Assembly (NCBI GenBank): GCA_002792995.1
Contig: PFPJ01000055.1
Location: 293-64,292 of the forward strand
Length of the DNA: 64,000 bases
Direction: 5' to 3'
From: Candidatus Magasanikbacteria bacterium CG_4_10_14_0_2_um_filter_41_10
GTDB taxonomy: Bacteria; Patescibacteriota; Patescibacteriia; Magasanikbacterales; UBA922
Shown here: one piece after another, positions 18,554 through 27,668 of the stretch
Layout: every line of letters starts with the position of its first letter
Numbering within the stretch: the stretch's first letter is position 1
Program-made: the position numbers and the translations under genes
The notes under the pieces: model-generated
Seen by the model: the letters and a program-made list of their open reading frames with translations, nothing else
Database searches by the model: none
What the model was told of the DNA's origin: nothing

Positions 18554-19678
18554 TTAGAAATTTTGTACCAAGGAATACATCGGCATAATAACTGCGACTG
18601 CGACTCCTCCGACAACTAATCCAAGGGTAACAATCAATACCGGCTCGATAATCGTTGCAAAGTTTTTCATTGTTTTATCAACATCATCATTATAAAATGT
18701 AGCGAGCTCAGTGAGAAGAGCATCAATTTCCCCAGTCCTTTCACCTACCATGATCATTTCTGTTACGAGAGGGCTATAGAGTTTTGGATAGTTGCGAAGA
18801 GATTCTGAAAGAGGAATTCCTTTTTCAAGCTCTTGCGAACTTTTCATGAGAGATACGCGATAGTTTATATTACTGCACGTTTCCGCGGTAATAGTGACTG
18901 CCTCAACAATTGGGATAGCACTTTTCATGAGAGATGAAAGCGTGAGAGAAAAACGGGCAAGATTTATTTTTTTGATAACTGTCCCTGCGATAGGGAGGTA
19001 CAAATTTATTGTATGTATATACGTACGAAATTTTAAAGATTTTTTTAGGAGCGTAATGAATGAAAACAGAAAAAGTATGATGAATATGGAAAGGAATATT
19101 AAATTTATTGGTTTACTCATGAAATTGGTTACTGCCATGAGAATTCTTGTTGGAAGTGGTAATTCGCTATCAAACTCATTAAAAATAGTGAGCAATTTTG
19201 GAAGAATAACCGTGGTCATGAGGACGCCAATACCAAGCATCGCTACGACGATGACCGCAGGATAAATCATCGCTCCGCGGATGGTGGAGGTCAGGTCATG
19301 CGTCTTTTTCATTTGTACTGCAATTTGTGTAAGGGCTTCTTCAAGTTTTCCACTGACTTCACCGGCTTCAATCATTTTGACATAAATAGGAGGAAAAACT
19401 TTTGGGTGTTTACGGAGGACATCGCTAAATTGTTTTCCGCCACTCACTTCTTTTGTTACATCGGCAATGACCATCTTGAGTGCTTTGTTCCCAGTTTCTT
19501 TTGCCAAAATTTCGAGTGCCTCGACGAGTGAGAGTCCGGCATGGATCATGATTTTGAGATGATCCACGAAAAACATTTTTTCGGTAAACGAAATTCTCGT
19601 AAGGTGTTTTGCCACCCAGTCGTTTAATTTTTTTTCGAATGGTGAAAGTTCTTTTACTTTTTTCTTTTTTTCAAACAT
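18554..19678 (-). CDS. pilC: Type IV pilus platform protein PilC (GspF family)
   Basis: Start chosen at MFEKKK (19678). Two GspF repeats and three TM segments. Confidence 0.85.
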   Translation of the reverse strand: MFEKKKKVKELSPFEKKLNDWVAKHLTRISFTEKMFFVDHLKIMIHAGLSLVEALEILAKETGNKALKMVIADVTKEVSGGKQFSDVLRKHPKVFPPIYVKMIEAGEVSGKLEEALTQIAVQMKKTHDLTSTIRGAMIYPAVIVVAMLGIGVLMTTVILPKLLTIFNEFDSELPLPTRILMAVTNFMSKPINLIFLSIFIILFLFSFITLLKKSLKFRTYIHTINLYLPIAGTVIKKINLARFSLTLSSLMKSAIPIVEAVTITAETCSNINYRVSLMKSSQELEKGIPLSESLRNYPKLYSPLVTEMIMVGERTGEIDALLTELATFYNDDVDKTMKNFATIIEPVLIVTLGLVVGGVAVAVIMPMYSLVQNF

Positions 19679-19746
19679 AAAACAGGCGTAGTAAACGCCT
19701 GTAGTATAACACACTTTATATATTGTTGTTACTATATTTTTGGGTG

Positions 19747-21480
19747 CTACTCTCTTGTGACGCGCAATACTTCTTCGATACTCGTCATTCCTTGTTTTGC
19801 TTTAATCAGACCATCTTCAAGCATGGTAATCATCCCATTTTTGATTGCATATTCTTTGATTTGTGTTGCCGTCCCTCGATTGTTGATCAATTCAGCAACC
19901 CCTGCATCTACTTCAAGGATTTCATAAATACCAATACGTCCTTTATATCCACTTTGATCACACTTTCGACAGCCTGGAGAGCGGAAAAATTCCATAGCAG
20001 ATAGTTTTTTCTCGGCAGTTTTGAGTTTGATATCGTGTTCAGTAAAGAGTTTGATGGCCGTACGGACATCAACCAATTTTTGCAATTCTTTTACTGCCGG
20101 TGCGTCGAGTTTGAAAGGGGTACGACAGTGATCACAGAGTCGTCGTACCAAACGCTGGGCAATGATGATATTTGCGGTAAAAGCGATCAAAAATGGAGGA
20201 ATGCCCATATCCATAAGACGTGGCAATGTGGTTGGGGCATCATTTGTATGGAGTGTCGAAAGCACGAGATGCCCTGTCATAGCTGCATGCATAGCAATCT
20301 CCGCAGTTTCTTGATCACGAATTTCTCCTACCATGATAATGTCTGGATCTTGGCGCAAAAATGCTCTGAGACCAGATGCAAAACTAAAACCAACACGTGG
20401 ATTGATCTGACTTTGATTGATGCCGCCGACATGGTATTCAATAGGATCTTCAATTGTTGAAATATTTACATTTGGTTGGTTCAAAATACCAAGCACAGAA
20501 TACAACGTTGTTGTTTTTCCACTTCCTGTTGGCCCTGTTACGAGTACCATACCGTGTGGTCTTTGGATAGCAGCATCCACCAATTTTCGGGGTCCTGGGA
20601 GAAAACCAAGTTGATCGAGTGTTAATGGTTTTTGTCCTTCGTGAAGAACACGCATAACTATTTTTTCTCCATCATACACAGGGATAATAGATACACGAAA
20701 TGCCAGTTCTTCTTCGTTCACTTCAATTTTGAATCGTCCATCCTGTGGAAGCATGTGTTCATCTATTTTGAGGTTGGCAAGAATTTTGATACGTGCGGTG
20801 ATGCCATTGCGTACTTGCGTAGGGAGGTGCATCACTGAATGAAGCATTCCGTCTACACGATATCTGACAGAAACATCTTTTTCTGTTGGTTCTATGTGAA
20901 TATCACTCGCATCTTGAAAAATAGCGTGTTCTAGAATACTTTTGACAATATTGATAATAGGAAGTTCCTCCGCTGCTTTTTTGAGTTCTTCTGGTTTATA
21001 GTTTTTTGTTTGCTTTGATGTCACCCCTGCGAGCTTCAATTCTTCTTCGAGACCCGCACGATAGAAACGAAGTGCACGTTTGATACTGCTTGGTGTGGCA
21101 AGAGAAACTGCTGGGATAAGGCCTGTTTTTCTCCTCATGAATTCAATCGTTTGGATATCAAGAGGATCAATCATTGCCAGGTAAATCGTATCTTTTGTTT
21201 TTTCAAATGCAATGATGTAGTGCGTTTCAGCGAGTGGCTGAGGGACAATAAGGAGTGTGTCTCTGGGAATTTCTTTTTCAGTCAAATCTACCAGTGGCAC
21301 GTCCATTTCCTTGCTCAAATATGCATAGAGTTCTTTTTCTTTTACAACCCCATCCTCAATGAGAGATAGTTCTAGTCTTTTTTCTGATGTTTCTGCGTTT
21401 GCTTTGAGTTCCTCAATTTTGGCAGGTTTCATCTTTTTTACCTCAGTCAGGTATGTGGTGATAATATCTTTTGGAAACAT
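19747..21480 (-). CDS. pilB: Type IV pilus assembly ATPase PilB (GspE family)
   Basis: Walker A VLVTGPTGSGKTTTLY, Asp and His boxes, tetracysteine CDHC...CRKC, and an N-terminal GspE-N domain. Confidence 0.9.
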   Translation of the reverse strand: MFPKDIITTYLTEVKKMKPAKIEELKANAETSEKRLELSLIEDGVVKEKELYAYLSKEMDVPLVDLTEKEIPRDTLLIVPQPLAETHYIIAFEKTKDTIYLAMIDPLDIQTIEFMRRKTGLIPAVSLATPSSIKRALRFYRAGLEEELKLAGVTSKQTKNYKPEELKKAAEELPIINIVKSILEHAIFQDASDIHIEPTEKDVSVRYRVDGMLHSVMHLPTQVRNGITARIKILANLKIDEHMLPQDGRFKIEVNEEELAFRVSIIPVYDGEKIVMRVLHEGQKPLTLDQLGFLPGPRKLVDAAIQRPHGMVLVTGPTGSGKTTTLYSVLGILNQPNVNISTIEDPIEYHVGGINQSQINPRVGFSFASGLRAFLRQDPDIIMVGEIRDQETAEIAMHAAMTGHLVLSTLHTNDAPTTLPRLMDMGIPPFLIAFTANIIIAQRLVRRLCDHCRTPFKLDAPAVKELQKLVDVRTAIKLFTEHDIKLKTAEKKLSAMEFFRSPGCRKCDQSGYKGRIGIYEILEVDAGVAELINNRGTATQIKEYAIKNGMITMLEDGLIKAKQGMTSIEEVLRVTRE

Positions 21481-21545
21481 AAAAGTATAGATTTATAGAC
21501 CTATCATAGCATAGATACCGAAGAGCGCTCAATAGAGGCAAAACC

Positions 21546-21574
21546 TTGACAATACCCGTATAGATTGCTATAGT
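21546..21574 (+). promoter_or_regulatory. Sigma70-like promoter TTGACA-17-TATAGT for the rpsF-ssb-rpsR operon
   Basis: TTGACA at 21546-21551 and TATAGT at 21569-21574, with a 17-nt spacer. Confidence 0.5.
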
Positions 21575-21580
21575 ACTGCC

Positions 21581-21664
21581 TACTACAAAAGACACAGCGC
21601 ACCTATCTGCTGGGAGGTCGACTCCGGCACTGGAGGAGATAGGCTAAATCTTATATAATATACT
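21581..21664 (+). promoter_or_regulatory. Structured 5' leader of rpsF; candidate S6:S18 autoregulatory RNA element
   Basis: Nested hairpin CCTATCT-[GCTGGGAGGTCGACTCCGGCACTGGAGG]-AGATAGG immediately upstream of the rpsF start. Confidence 0.35.
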
Positions 21665-22252
21665 ATGAAGCAGTACGAACTATTAGTCGTACTCCCTGGC
21701 ACGATGGAAGAAACTATGGTTTCTACTATCATTGCACAGGTGAAAAACATTGTCGAACAAAAAGGGGGATCTCAGATCACCATGCAGGATCGAGGAAAGA
21801 GCCGATTGGCATATCCAATGAAGCATATCCGATATGGATATTTTCATATCGTTCACTTTACTGCAGAAGAAGGGAGTGTTATCCCTGAAATTCAGAAAGA
21901 GCTTGCTTTGATTGGTGAGATTCTCCGTGCACTTATTACCACGTTTGATCCAACCATGCGTGCAGAAACACAAAAAAAACTTGGCCGCACAGAAGAAGGT
22001 CCAATGAAAACGCTTGCGAGCGTGTTCGAGCGGTTTGGTGGAGAAGCAAAAATTGGTGATGCACCTGTTGTTGAACCAAAAAAGAGGGAAGAAGCAAAAG
22101 AAGAAAAGCCTGTTGAAACAGAAGTTTCTCCTGTGGAAACACAAGAAGCAAACGCTGAAACGAAACCACAAGAAGAGACACAACCAATTGCAATGGAAGA
22201 TATCGACAAAAAGTTGGATCAGCTTCTGGAGGATGATCTCAAACAAGTCTAA
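21665..22252 (+). CDS. rpsF: 30S ribosomal protein S6 with a long acidic/Lys-rich C-terminal tail
   Basis: MKQYELLVVLPGT...RLAYPMKH matches S6. The rpsF-ssb-rpsR gene order supports the call. Confidence 0.85.
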   Translation: MKQYELLVVLPGTMEETMVSTIIAQVKNIVEQKGGSQITMQDRGKSRLAYPMKHIRYGYFHIVHFTAEEGSVIPEIQKELALIGEILRALITTFDPTMRAETQKKLGRTEEGPMKTLASVFERFGGEAKIGDAPVVEPKKREEAKEEKPVETEVSPVETQEANAETKPQEETQPIAMEDIDKKLDQLLEDDLKQV

Positions 22253-22295
22253 TTCTCCCGCTTGCAATGCAGGCAGGTTTTAATCACATGTCTCT

Positions 22296-22730
22296 ATGGA
22301 TCTCAATCGTGCAACCATCCTCGGGCGTTTGACTCGAGACCCGGAAATTCGTTCTACGACGAGTGGCAAAAGTGTTGCGACACTCAGTGTCGCTACCAAT
22401 CGTGTCTGGTCAGATCAGTCTGGACAAAAACAGGAACAGGCAGAATTTCATACCTGTGTCCTCTGGGGAAAACTCGCTGACATCGCAGGCCAATATCTGA
22501 GTAAGGGCCGACGTGTCTATGTAGAAGGACGTATCCAGACTCGTGATTGGGCTGGCAATGACGGTGTAAAACGATACCGTACGGAAATTGTTGCAGACAA
22601 TCTCATCATGCTCGATGGAGCACGTGGAACCGGTGCACCATCTATGGGTGGAAACGATGACGACAGTCAGCCACCTATTGATGACAATGATAGTGCCGAC
22701 GAAATCAAAGTAGAGGACATCCCATTTTAA
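22296..22730 (+). CDS. ssb: Single-stranded DNA-binding protein
   Basis: OB-fold signature, a Gly/Asp-rich linker, and the C-terminal acidic tip ...DIPF. Confidence 0.9.
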   Translation: MDLNRATILGRLTRDPEIRSTTSGKSVATLSVATNRVWSDQSGQKQEQAEFHTCVLWGKLADIAGQYLSKGRRVYVEGRIQTRDWAGNDGVKRYRTEIVADNLIMLDGARGTGAPSMGGNDDDSQPPIDDNDSADEIKVEDIPF

Positions 22731-22737
22731 GATTTTT

Positions 22738-22986
22738 ATGGAACGACGACAACAACACAATAATAACAAACCAAAAAAGCAAGAAAAACGATACTGTTTT
22801 TTCAAGGCACACGATATCCAAGATGTAGATTACAAGGATATTGAGACGCTTCGACGGTTTCTTTCTTCAAATATGAAGATCAAACCTCGAAGAAAAACAG
22901 GTCTTTCTTCAAAATACCAACGCAAGGTTGCAAAAGCAATCAAGCAAGCACGTATTGCAGGACTTCTCGGATTTACTGCAAAGTAA
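22738..22986 (+). CDS. rpsR: 30S ribosomal protein S18
   Basis: [58 protein letters not shown] matches S18. Confidence 0.9.
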   Translation: MERRQQHNNNKPKKQEKRYCFFKAHDIQDVDYKDIETLRRFLSSNMKIKPRRKTGLSSKYQRKVAKAIKQARIAGLLGFTAK

Positions 22987-23003
22987 ATATTCAAACAGAA
23001 AAA

Positions 23004-23029
23004 ACATCCCTGAATGGGATGTTTTTTTG
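23004..23029 (+). terminator. Rho-independent terminator after rpsR
   Basis: ACATCCC-TGAAT-GGGATGT followed by TTTTTTT. Confidence 0.6.
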
Positions 23030-23039
23030 TATATATTTT

Positions 23040-23424
23040 TTTAGTATGCACCTCGGTCCGGACGGGTGACACAGTGCTCATGTTCAGTGAGCCGCTGTGT
23101 TCCCGTCCGGACCTTGGTTTCGTGACGCTTGTCATGGGTGAAGTCGCCTCAGCGACTCAACACCCGCGCATCACACGGCATCTCGCCGTTCATCTGAGTG
23201 CATTTCGCACCCAGGTGGGGTGCTACTCCTATCCGGCGCGATTGTTTGGTCGGGGGAGCCGACAGTTCTTCATGCGCCCGCCGGTGATGTACTGGAACTG
23301 GCGGCGGGGCTGGCTGTGCTTCGAGACGGGAAGCATGGCGGCTCTCCTCGGTTTGAGAAAAGAAAAAAGGCGGCACTGTACCCCCTCTTCATATCTATAG
23401 TATACACATGGTGTATGTTTTTTA
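23040..23424 (+). ncRNA. Unidentified GC-rich structured RNA candidate, or a decayed GC-rich insertion, with its own terminator
   Basis: About 60% GC over 360 nt in an AT-rich setting. It contains a perfect 12-bp inverted repeat GGTCCGGACGGG...CCCGTCCGGACC enclosing nested hairpins, plus further hairpins such as GGGTG-AAGTCGC-CTCA-GCGACT-CAA-CACCC. The only ORF is a 128-aa Arg/Trp-rich frame. A plus-oriented terminator (ATACAC-ATG-GTGTAT + TTTTTT) lies at 23402-23423. I could not find the RNase P CR-I motif, a tmRNA T-arm or tag ORF, or a convincing SRP domain IV. Confidence 0.3.
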
Positions 23425-23437
23425 GCAAATGGTATTG

Positions 23438-24805
23438 TTATACTTTTTCCAATACTACTAATCCTTCTATGTGTGGTGTACGTGGAAAAAAGTTGTAGAG
23501 TTTGAAAAAAATTGGCTTATAGTGTTCGCTCAGCATCTTCATATCGCGTGCTTGGGTAGACAGATTGCATGAAAGATAGATGATACGTTCTGGTTTCACA
23601 GCCAAAAGACGTTGGATTACAGAGACGTGGAGTCCTGCGCGTGGAGGATCAAGGATGATTTGGCGTTCTGCTGTGATTGCATCTACCATTTTTTCTGCAG
23701 GCATACAATGAACGACCGCATTTGGGATTTTGTTGAGATCAATATTTTTTTGTGCGTAGTATGTTGCCTCTTCATTACTTTCTACGAGAATAGTTTTTTC
23801 TCGATTCATGGCAAGAGGGAGAGATATCGCCCCAACACCAGCATAAAAATCAATAAGTGGTTTTTTGGGATCAAGAAATGCTGCCATATCCTTGAGTGCC
23901 ATTTCAAATAGTGGTGGATTGATTTGAAAAAAGCTCAGCGCACCAAAGGTAAGTGGTGTTCCCAATATATTTTGTTGAAGTTCATCCTGTCCTATCGTAT
24001 ATAGCAGTTCAGTCGGTACTGCAGCGGGACTTTTGTGCGTGGAATAGTAGAGTTGGAAACCCACCATGTTTTCGTGGAGTGTTGGATATGTATCAAATGT
24101 CAATTTATCTTTGATAAAAAGGGCGGCGATTGTTTTTCCATCGGACGTGCCTCGCACGATAAGACTTTTCAGACTACGAATCGGGATCTGTTGTTCGTTT
24201 ATCCATTTGAGAATATATTGTGATGTGTTCGTTATGTGTGGCATGGAGAGTGCCGATGATGTCACGGCAAAACGTGTCTTTCCCCCACGTTCAAAAAACG
24301 CAAGTGAGATAGGTTCTGTGTTTGGAGGAGGTGGAAGAGCAAGATGATCTTTTCCATGTGTGGTCGTCCGCAATGCTAAATACGGAGAGGTAAAAGTAAA
24401 TTCCATTTTGTTGCGATACCCATAGTCTACACCGTCAGATGCGATATCGAGTGAATTAGCACTCAAAATAAGATCCCCAATTTTACTATATGTTTCTGCT
24501 GCAATTGCTTTTTTCCAATAGTTCTCTCGTTCTGGTGAGAGAATTTGCCATGGACTTGTAGAAAGAAAATATGTTTCTTTTGGTGTCGTGCGTTCTGGTG
24601 AAGGTTTTATAATAGTGACTGCGACTGCTTCCAGATATGTTTTTTTATTTTTTATAATTTCTATCTCAAGCATTTCCTGAGGGAGGGCATTCCATACAAA
24701 GACTGTTTTGCCATTGAATCGTGGATTGCCAACATCGCCGAGTCGAGTTAATCCTTGACCACCGAAGACAAGTTTTTCAATTGTGACAGTATAGCGGTCT
24801 TTCAT
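23438..24805 (-). CDS. 23S rRNA/tRNA (uracil-5-)-methyltransferase, RumA/RlmD/TrmA family
   Basis: N-terminal TRAM-like domain, motif I DFYAGVGAISL, motif IV DPPRAGL, and the catalytic region YLSCN. Confidence 0.8.
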   Translation of the reverse strand: MKDRYTVTIEKLVFGGQGLTRLGDVGNPRFNGKTVFVWNALPQEMLEIEIIKNKKTYLEAVAVTIIKPSPERTTPKETYFLSTSPWQILSPERENYWKKAIAAETYSKIGDLILSANSLDIASDGVDYGYRNKMEFTFTSPYLALRTTTHGKDHLALPPPPNTEPISLAFFERGGKTRFAVTSSALSMPHITNTSQYILKWINEQQIPIRSLKSLIVRGTSDGKTIAALFIKDKLTFDTYPTLHENMVGFQLYYSTHKSPAAVPTELLYTIGQDELQQNILGTPLTFGALSFFQINPPLFEMALKDMAAFLDPKKPLIDFYAGVGAISLPLAMNREKTILVESNEEATYYAQKNIDLNKIPNAVVHCMPAEKMVDAITAERQIILDPPRAGLHVSVIQRLLAVKPERIIYLSCNLSTQARDMKMLSEHYKPIFFKLYNFFPRTPHIEGLVVLEKV

Positions 24806-24847
24806 ATAGGTATACTACAAAATGGCTATTATCATAGGCCGTATCAG

Positions 24848-25840
24848 CTATGAAGTCAATGGTGTTCCTTCTGGAATTGTTTTCATCATGGCATCACTGA
24901 TCCATTCAAGCAGAGACCCCTGCCATCCATGTGCAGTAAAGACTCCTTCGTTTGATACATGACGTTTTTGACCTTTGTGGATGACATATATGTTTGGGGA
25001 TCCTGTGGAAATGACGAGCACTCCTTCCTTTATAAGGGCAGGTTCATTTTTTGTTGGAAAATAGCCCGTGTTAACTTCTAGTCCATCGCCATATCCATCG
25101 CCATCTGAATCATAGAGGTAGGGGACTGTCCCATGTTGAAATTCTTCTGTTTTTGAGAGACCATCACGGTCACCATCGAGCAGTGCTGTCTCGCCCATGT
25201 CTGGATTGGTGAAGATGGCTCGCTTTGGACCATTGGCAACATCACCAGAAAGAAAATCGTGCATAGCATCCAGAATGGTAGCATAGGTATATCGATAGCT
25301 ATGTCCATACTGTGTGCCTGGATCTTCTGTAATAAATACGCCGTCTGTATCATCATAGCCAGAGAGCACGATCATGTGATATGGAAATGGGCCACCAAAG
25401 TTTTCATTGTGCAATGCTGGCGCGTAGGCAGGGACAATAATAGGTCTTCCATCTGCCAATTCAGCTTTCATATCAGCAAGCGTTGGGTCATCTACCACAT
25501 GGGCACTCCAGGGCAAAAATGTATTGATCGTATTCACGATTGTCCTAGCATTTTCATCAAGACTCGTGCCATGGATAGTTTTTTTCATATTAAAAATTTC
25601 AAAGATGCCCCTTTTTGCATCCTCTGCCGTTTCAATATTTTTTTGCAAATAAAATCGATGAACCATAAATACACTTGTTTCTTCACAAGCATCTTTCCAA
25701 GGTTGTATCCATATACCATCAGGTGCTTGGGATGTGAAAGGCACATTGAGTTGTGTTGCCGCCTGCACGGGTGACCCCAAAAAAAAGAGCACGAAGAGCA
25801 TGAGAGAAAAAGCAATGGACGTTGTGGTAGTATGATTCAT
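24848..25840 (-). CDS. Secreted C39-like cysteine peptidase domain protein with Asp-rich calcium-binding (TSP3/dockerin-like) repeats
   Basis: Signal peptide, then VPFTSQAPDGIWIQPWKDACEETSVFMV (peptidase_C39_2-like Q/C/TS/M pattern), then repeats DGDRDGLSKTEE and DSDGDGYGDGLE. Confidence 0.5.
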   Translation of the reverse strand: MNHTTTTSIAFSLMLFVLFFLGSPVQAATQLNVPFTSQAPDGIWIQPWKDACEETSVFMVHRFYLQKNIETAEDAKRGIFEIFNMKKTIHGTSLDENARTIVNTINTFLPWSAHVVDDPTLADMKAELADGRPIIVPAYAPALHNENFGGPFPYHMIVLSGYDDTDGVFITEDPGTQYGHSYRYTYATILDAMHDFLSGDVANGPKRAIFTNPDMGETALLDGDRDGLSKTEEFQHGTVPYLYDSDGDGYGDGLEVNTGYFPTKNEPALIKEGVLVISTGSPNIYVIHKGQKRHVSNEGVFTAHGWQGSLLEWISDAMMKTIPEGTPLTS

Positions 25841-26544
25841 ACGTGTTTCATATTCATATATTTTTTTCTTTGTAATTTTGGAAATTTTTCAATGGCGTAT
25901 CTGAGCATTGTTCGTGGCATTTCTTTGGTATGCGCATCTAAAAATTGTGTTAAGACATGGACATCTTTTTTTCCAACTTCTCTGAGTGCCCATCCGACTG
26001 CTTTGTGTATAAGATCATGTGTATCTTGAAGCAAGATGGTACTGAGTGCAATGGTATCTTCAAATTGTCTTTCGGCAATGAAGGCAAATGTGGAAACAAT
26101 CGCAATACGTCGCTCCCACAAACTTTTTGATGTTGCCAAACGAGCTAGTATTTTCCTATTTCGTGTTCGGAGCCACGCGCCAAGGATTTTGTGAGCGCTG
26201 AGATCCACAAGATCCCAGTTGTTGATGTGTGCCGTATTTGAAAGATAGATGTCGACGACCTGTTTTTTTGTTTGTTCGTCGCCCCGTTCAAATTGTGATA
26301 CGAGGATAAGGAGCGCGATGAGGCGGTATTCATGTTTTTTGCTTTTGAGAAGTCTCAAGAGCGTTGTTGTTGATTCATTGCGAAATGTTTTGGCAATGGC
26401 GCGTTGCATAGGGACGGTCAGACCGAGGAAAACGTCTCCTTCGCCATATTCACCTTTGCCAGTTTTAAAAAAACGCATCGACTGTATCGCTCTTTCTGTA
26501 TCTGCTTGTGCATTGATTGCTTGTGTTATGGCAGAGAAACTCAT
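25837..26544 (-). CDS. DNA alkylation repair enzyme (AlkD-like HEAT-repeat glycosylase family)
   Basis: 235 aa all-alpha protein with the PF08713-like pattern (...LGLTVPMQRAIAKTF..., WDLVDLSAHKILGAWL). A 4-bp ATGA overlap with the upstream gene implies operon coupling. Confidence 0.55.
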   Translation of the reverse strand: MSFSAITQAINAQADTERAIQSMRFFKTGKGEYGEGDVFLGLTVPMQRAIAKTFRNESTTTLLRLLKSKKHEYRLIALLILVSQFERGDEQTKKQVVDIYLSNTAHINNWDLVDLSAHKILGAWLRTRNRKILARLATSKSLWERRIAIVSTFAFIAERQFEDTIALSTILLQDTHDLIHKAVGWALREVGKKDVHVLTQFLDAHTKEMPRTMLRYAIEKFPKLQRKKYMNMKHV

Positions 26545-26589
26545 ATATGGTATAGTATACCATGTTGTAGGGTATTAATATTGTTTCAT

Positions 26590-26796
26590 ATGTACAAGTA
26601 TCGATATATCTTGTTTGGACTTGTGTTGCTTCTGATTCCTGGAGTTGCATTTGCACATACGGACAGTGATCTCCACAATGCACTTGGTATATTTGGTCAT
26701 CCTCTTGCTGTAGGTATTTTGGCGGTTGTACTTGTTGGTGTTATTTTTGCAATGAGATATCATTCAAAAAATAAAAATAGTGATGATATCGTGTAA
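26590..26796 (+). CDS. Small hypothetical secreted or membrane protein (68 aa)
   Basis: MYKYRYILFGLVLLLIPGVAFA signal peptide and a second hydrophobic segment. Codon usage matches the AT-rich host. Confidence 0.3.
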   Translation: MYKYRYILFGLVLLLIPGVAFAHTDSDLHNALGIFGHPLAVGILAVVLVGVIFAMRYHSKNKNSDDIV

Positions 26797-26864
26797 GTGT
26801 GCGACTATATCATGATAAAAATCGCCAGGTGGGCGATTTTTATTTGTTATTTGGATTTTTTATG

Positions 26865-27551
26865 TTATTCGCACCCGAGTGCTGTACGACATTGCGCCTG
26901 TGCATCTGCGCCAGGTGCTTGATCACACACACTACAGTCTACTGCTGTGTTTGATGCGCCAGTGGTGGGTTGGAACATTTGGCTTCCAAGAGAAAATTCT
27001 TTGAATGTAATATCTTTTGGTGTTTCAAATACGCTATTGTCTGCATGCCATAGTGTACAGTGATAGTCAATGTGTTGATCTGGGTCCACAAAGTTATTGC
27101 TGTCTGCTGTCGAGGTTGCAGTTATGACTGTTTTCATTTTTAGTCCCTTTTTTGCATCAAATGCTGCTCCCCAGGTGTATGCCCATCCATCGTTGAGGAT
27201 GACATGTGAATCCTTGATTGTGTCATCTTGTTTCCTGACCGTAATGTCAGCACGAACTCGTCCAGTATCAATATAGGTTGTGCCTTGTTGTATCCCATAT
27301 CCATCATCTTGAGAAAAGGTACAGGTGAGACTTTTACCAGATGCCAGAATATCACGGAGAGTGTTTTGTGTTATGGGAGTTTCTGCCGTATTGTCTGCTA
27401 CAGTGGGCGTATCAGTCGCTGATGTATCTAGAGCAGTAGTTGTGTTGAGTGGCGTTGTATCTTTTTGTTGTTGAGTGAGTATATAGACTCCTCCGCCGAG
27501 AATAATGAGGACGAGCACTATGATAATAGCGATAAGTGATTGTTTTTTCAT
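26865..27551 (-). CDS. Hypothetical membrane-anchored extracellular protein with a Cys-rich C-terminus
   Basis: N-terminal TM MKKQSLIAIIIVLVLIILGGGVYIL, a Thr-rich linker, and ...DCSVCDQAPGADAQAQCRTALGCE at the C-terminus. Confidence 0.45.
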   Translation of the reverse strand: MKKQSLIAIIIVLVLIILGGGVYILTQQQKDTTPLNTTTALDTSATDTPTVADNTAETPITQNTLRDILASGKSLTCTFSQDDGYGIQQGTTYIDTGRVRADITVRKQDDTIKDSHVILNDGWAYTWGAAFDAKKGLKMKTVITATSTADSNNFVDPDQHIDYHCTLWHADNSVFETPKDITFKEFSLGSQMFQPTTGASNTAVDCSVCDQAPGADAQAQCRTALGCE

Positions 27552-27668
27552 ACGATAAAAAAAGATATGAGGTATGTCTATAGTATGGTAGGGAATGGGG
27601 AACTTTGCAAGTAGGAAGAAAGAAAAACACCCGCCAATGGCGAGTGTTTTTTGTGTTTGTGAGTTGTA

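Noticed and set aside
21683-22267. 194-aa minus-strand ORF antisense to rpsF
   Set aside because: It overlaps the clearly conserved rpsF entirely. Its Phe/Cys-rich composition is artefactual.
23014-23400. 128-aa plus-strand ORF (and a 75-aa minus-strand ORF) inside the GC-rich stretch
   Set aside because: The Arg/Trp-rich composition is typical of a GC-rich non-coding frame. No RBS is present and there is no family resemblance. The sequence is dominated by long perfect inverted repeats, so I treat it as RNA or a remnant rather than a CDS.
23040-23424. Assigning the structured region to tmRNA, RNase P RNA or SRP RNA
   Set aside because: No tag-peptide reading frame ending in Ala-Ala-stop and no T-arm GGUUCNANUCC (tmRNA). 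No AGGAAAGUCCGG CR-I motif, and the GGUCCGGAC copies are 50 nt apart rather than at opposite ends (RNase P). There is only a loose resemblance to the SRP domain IV GGUCCGGAAGGAAGCAGCC. Left unassigned.
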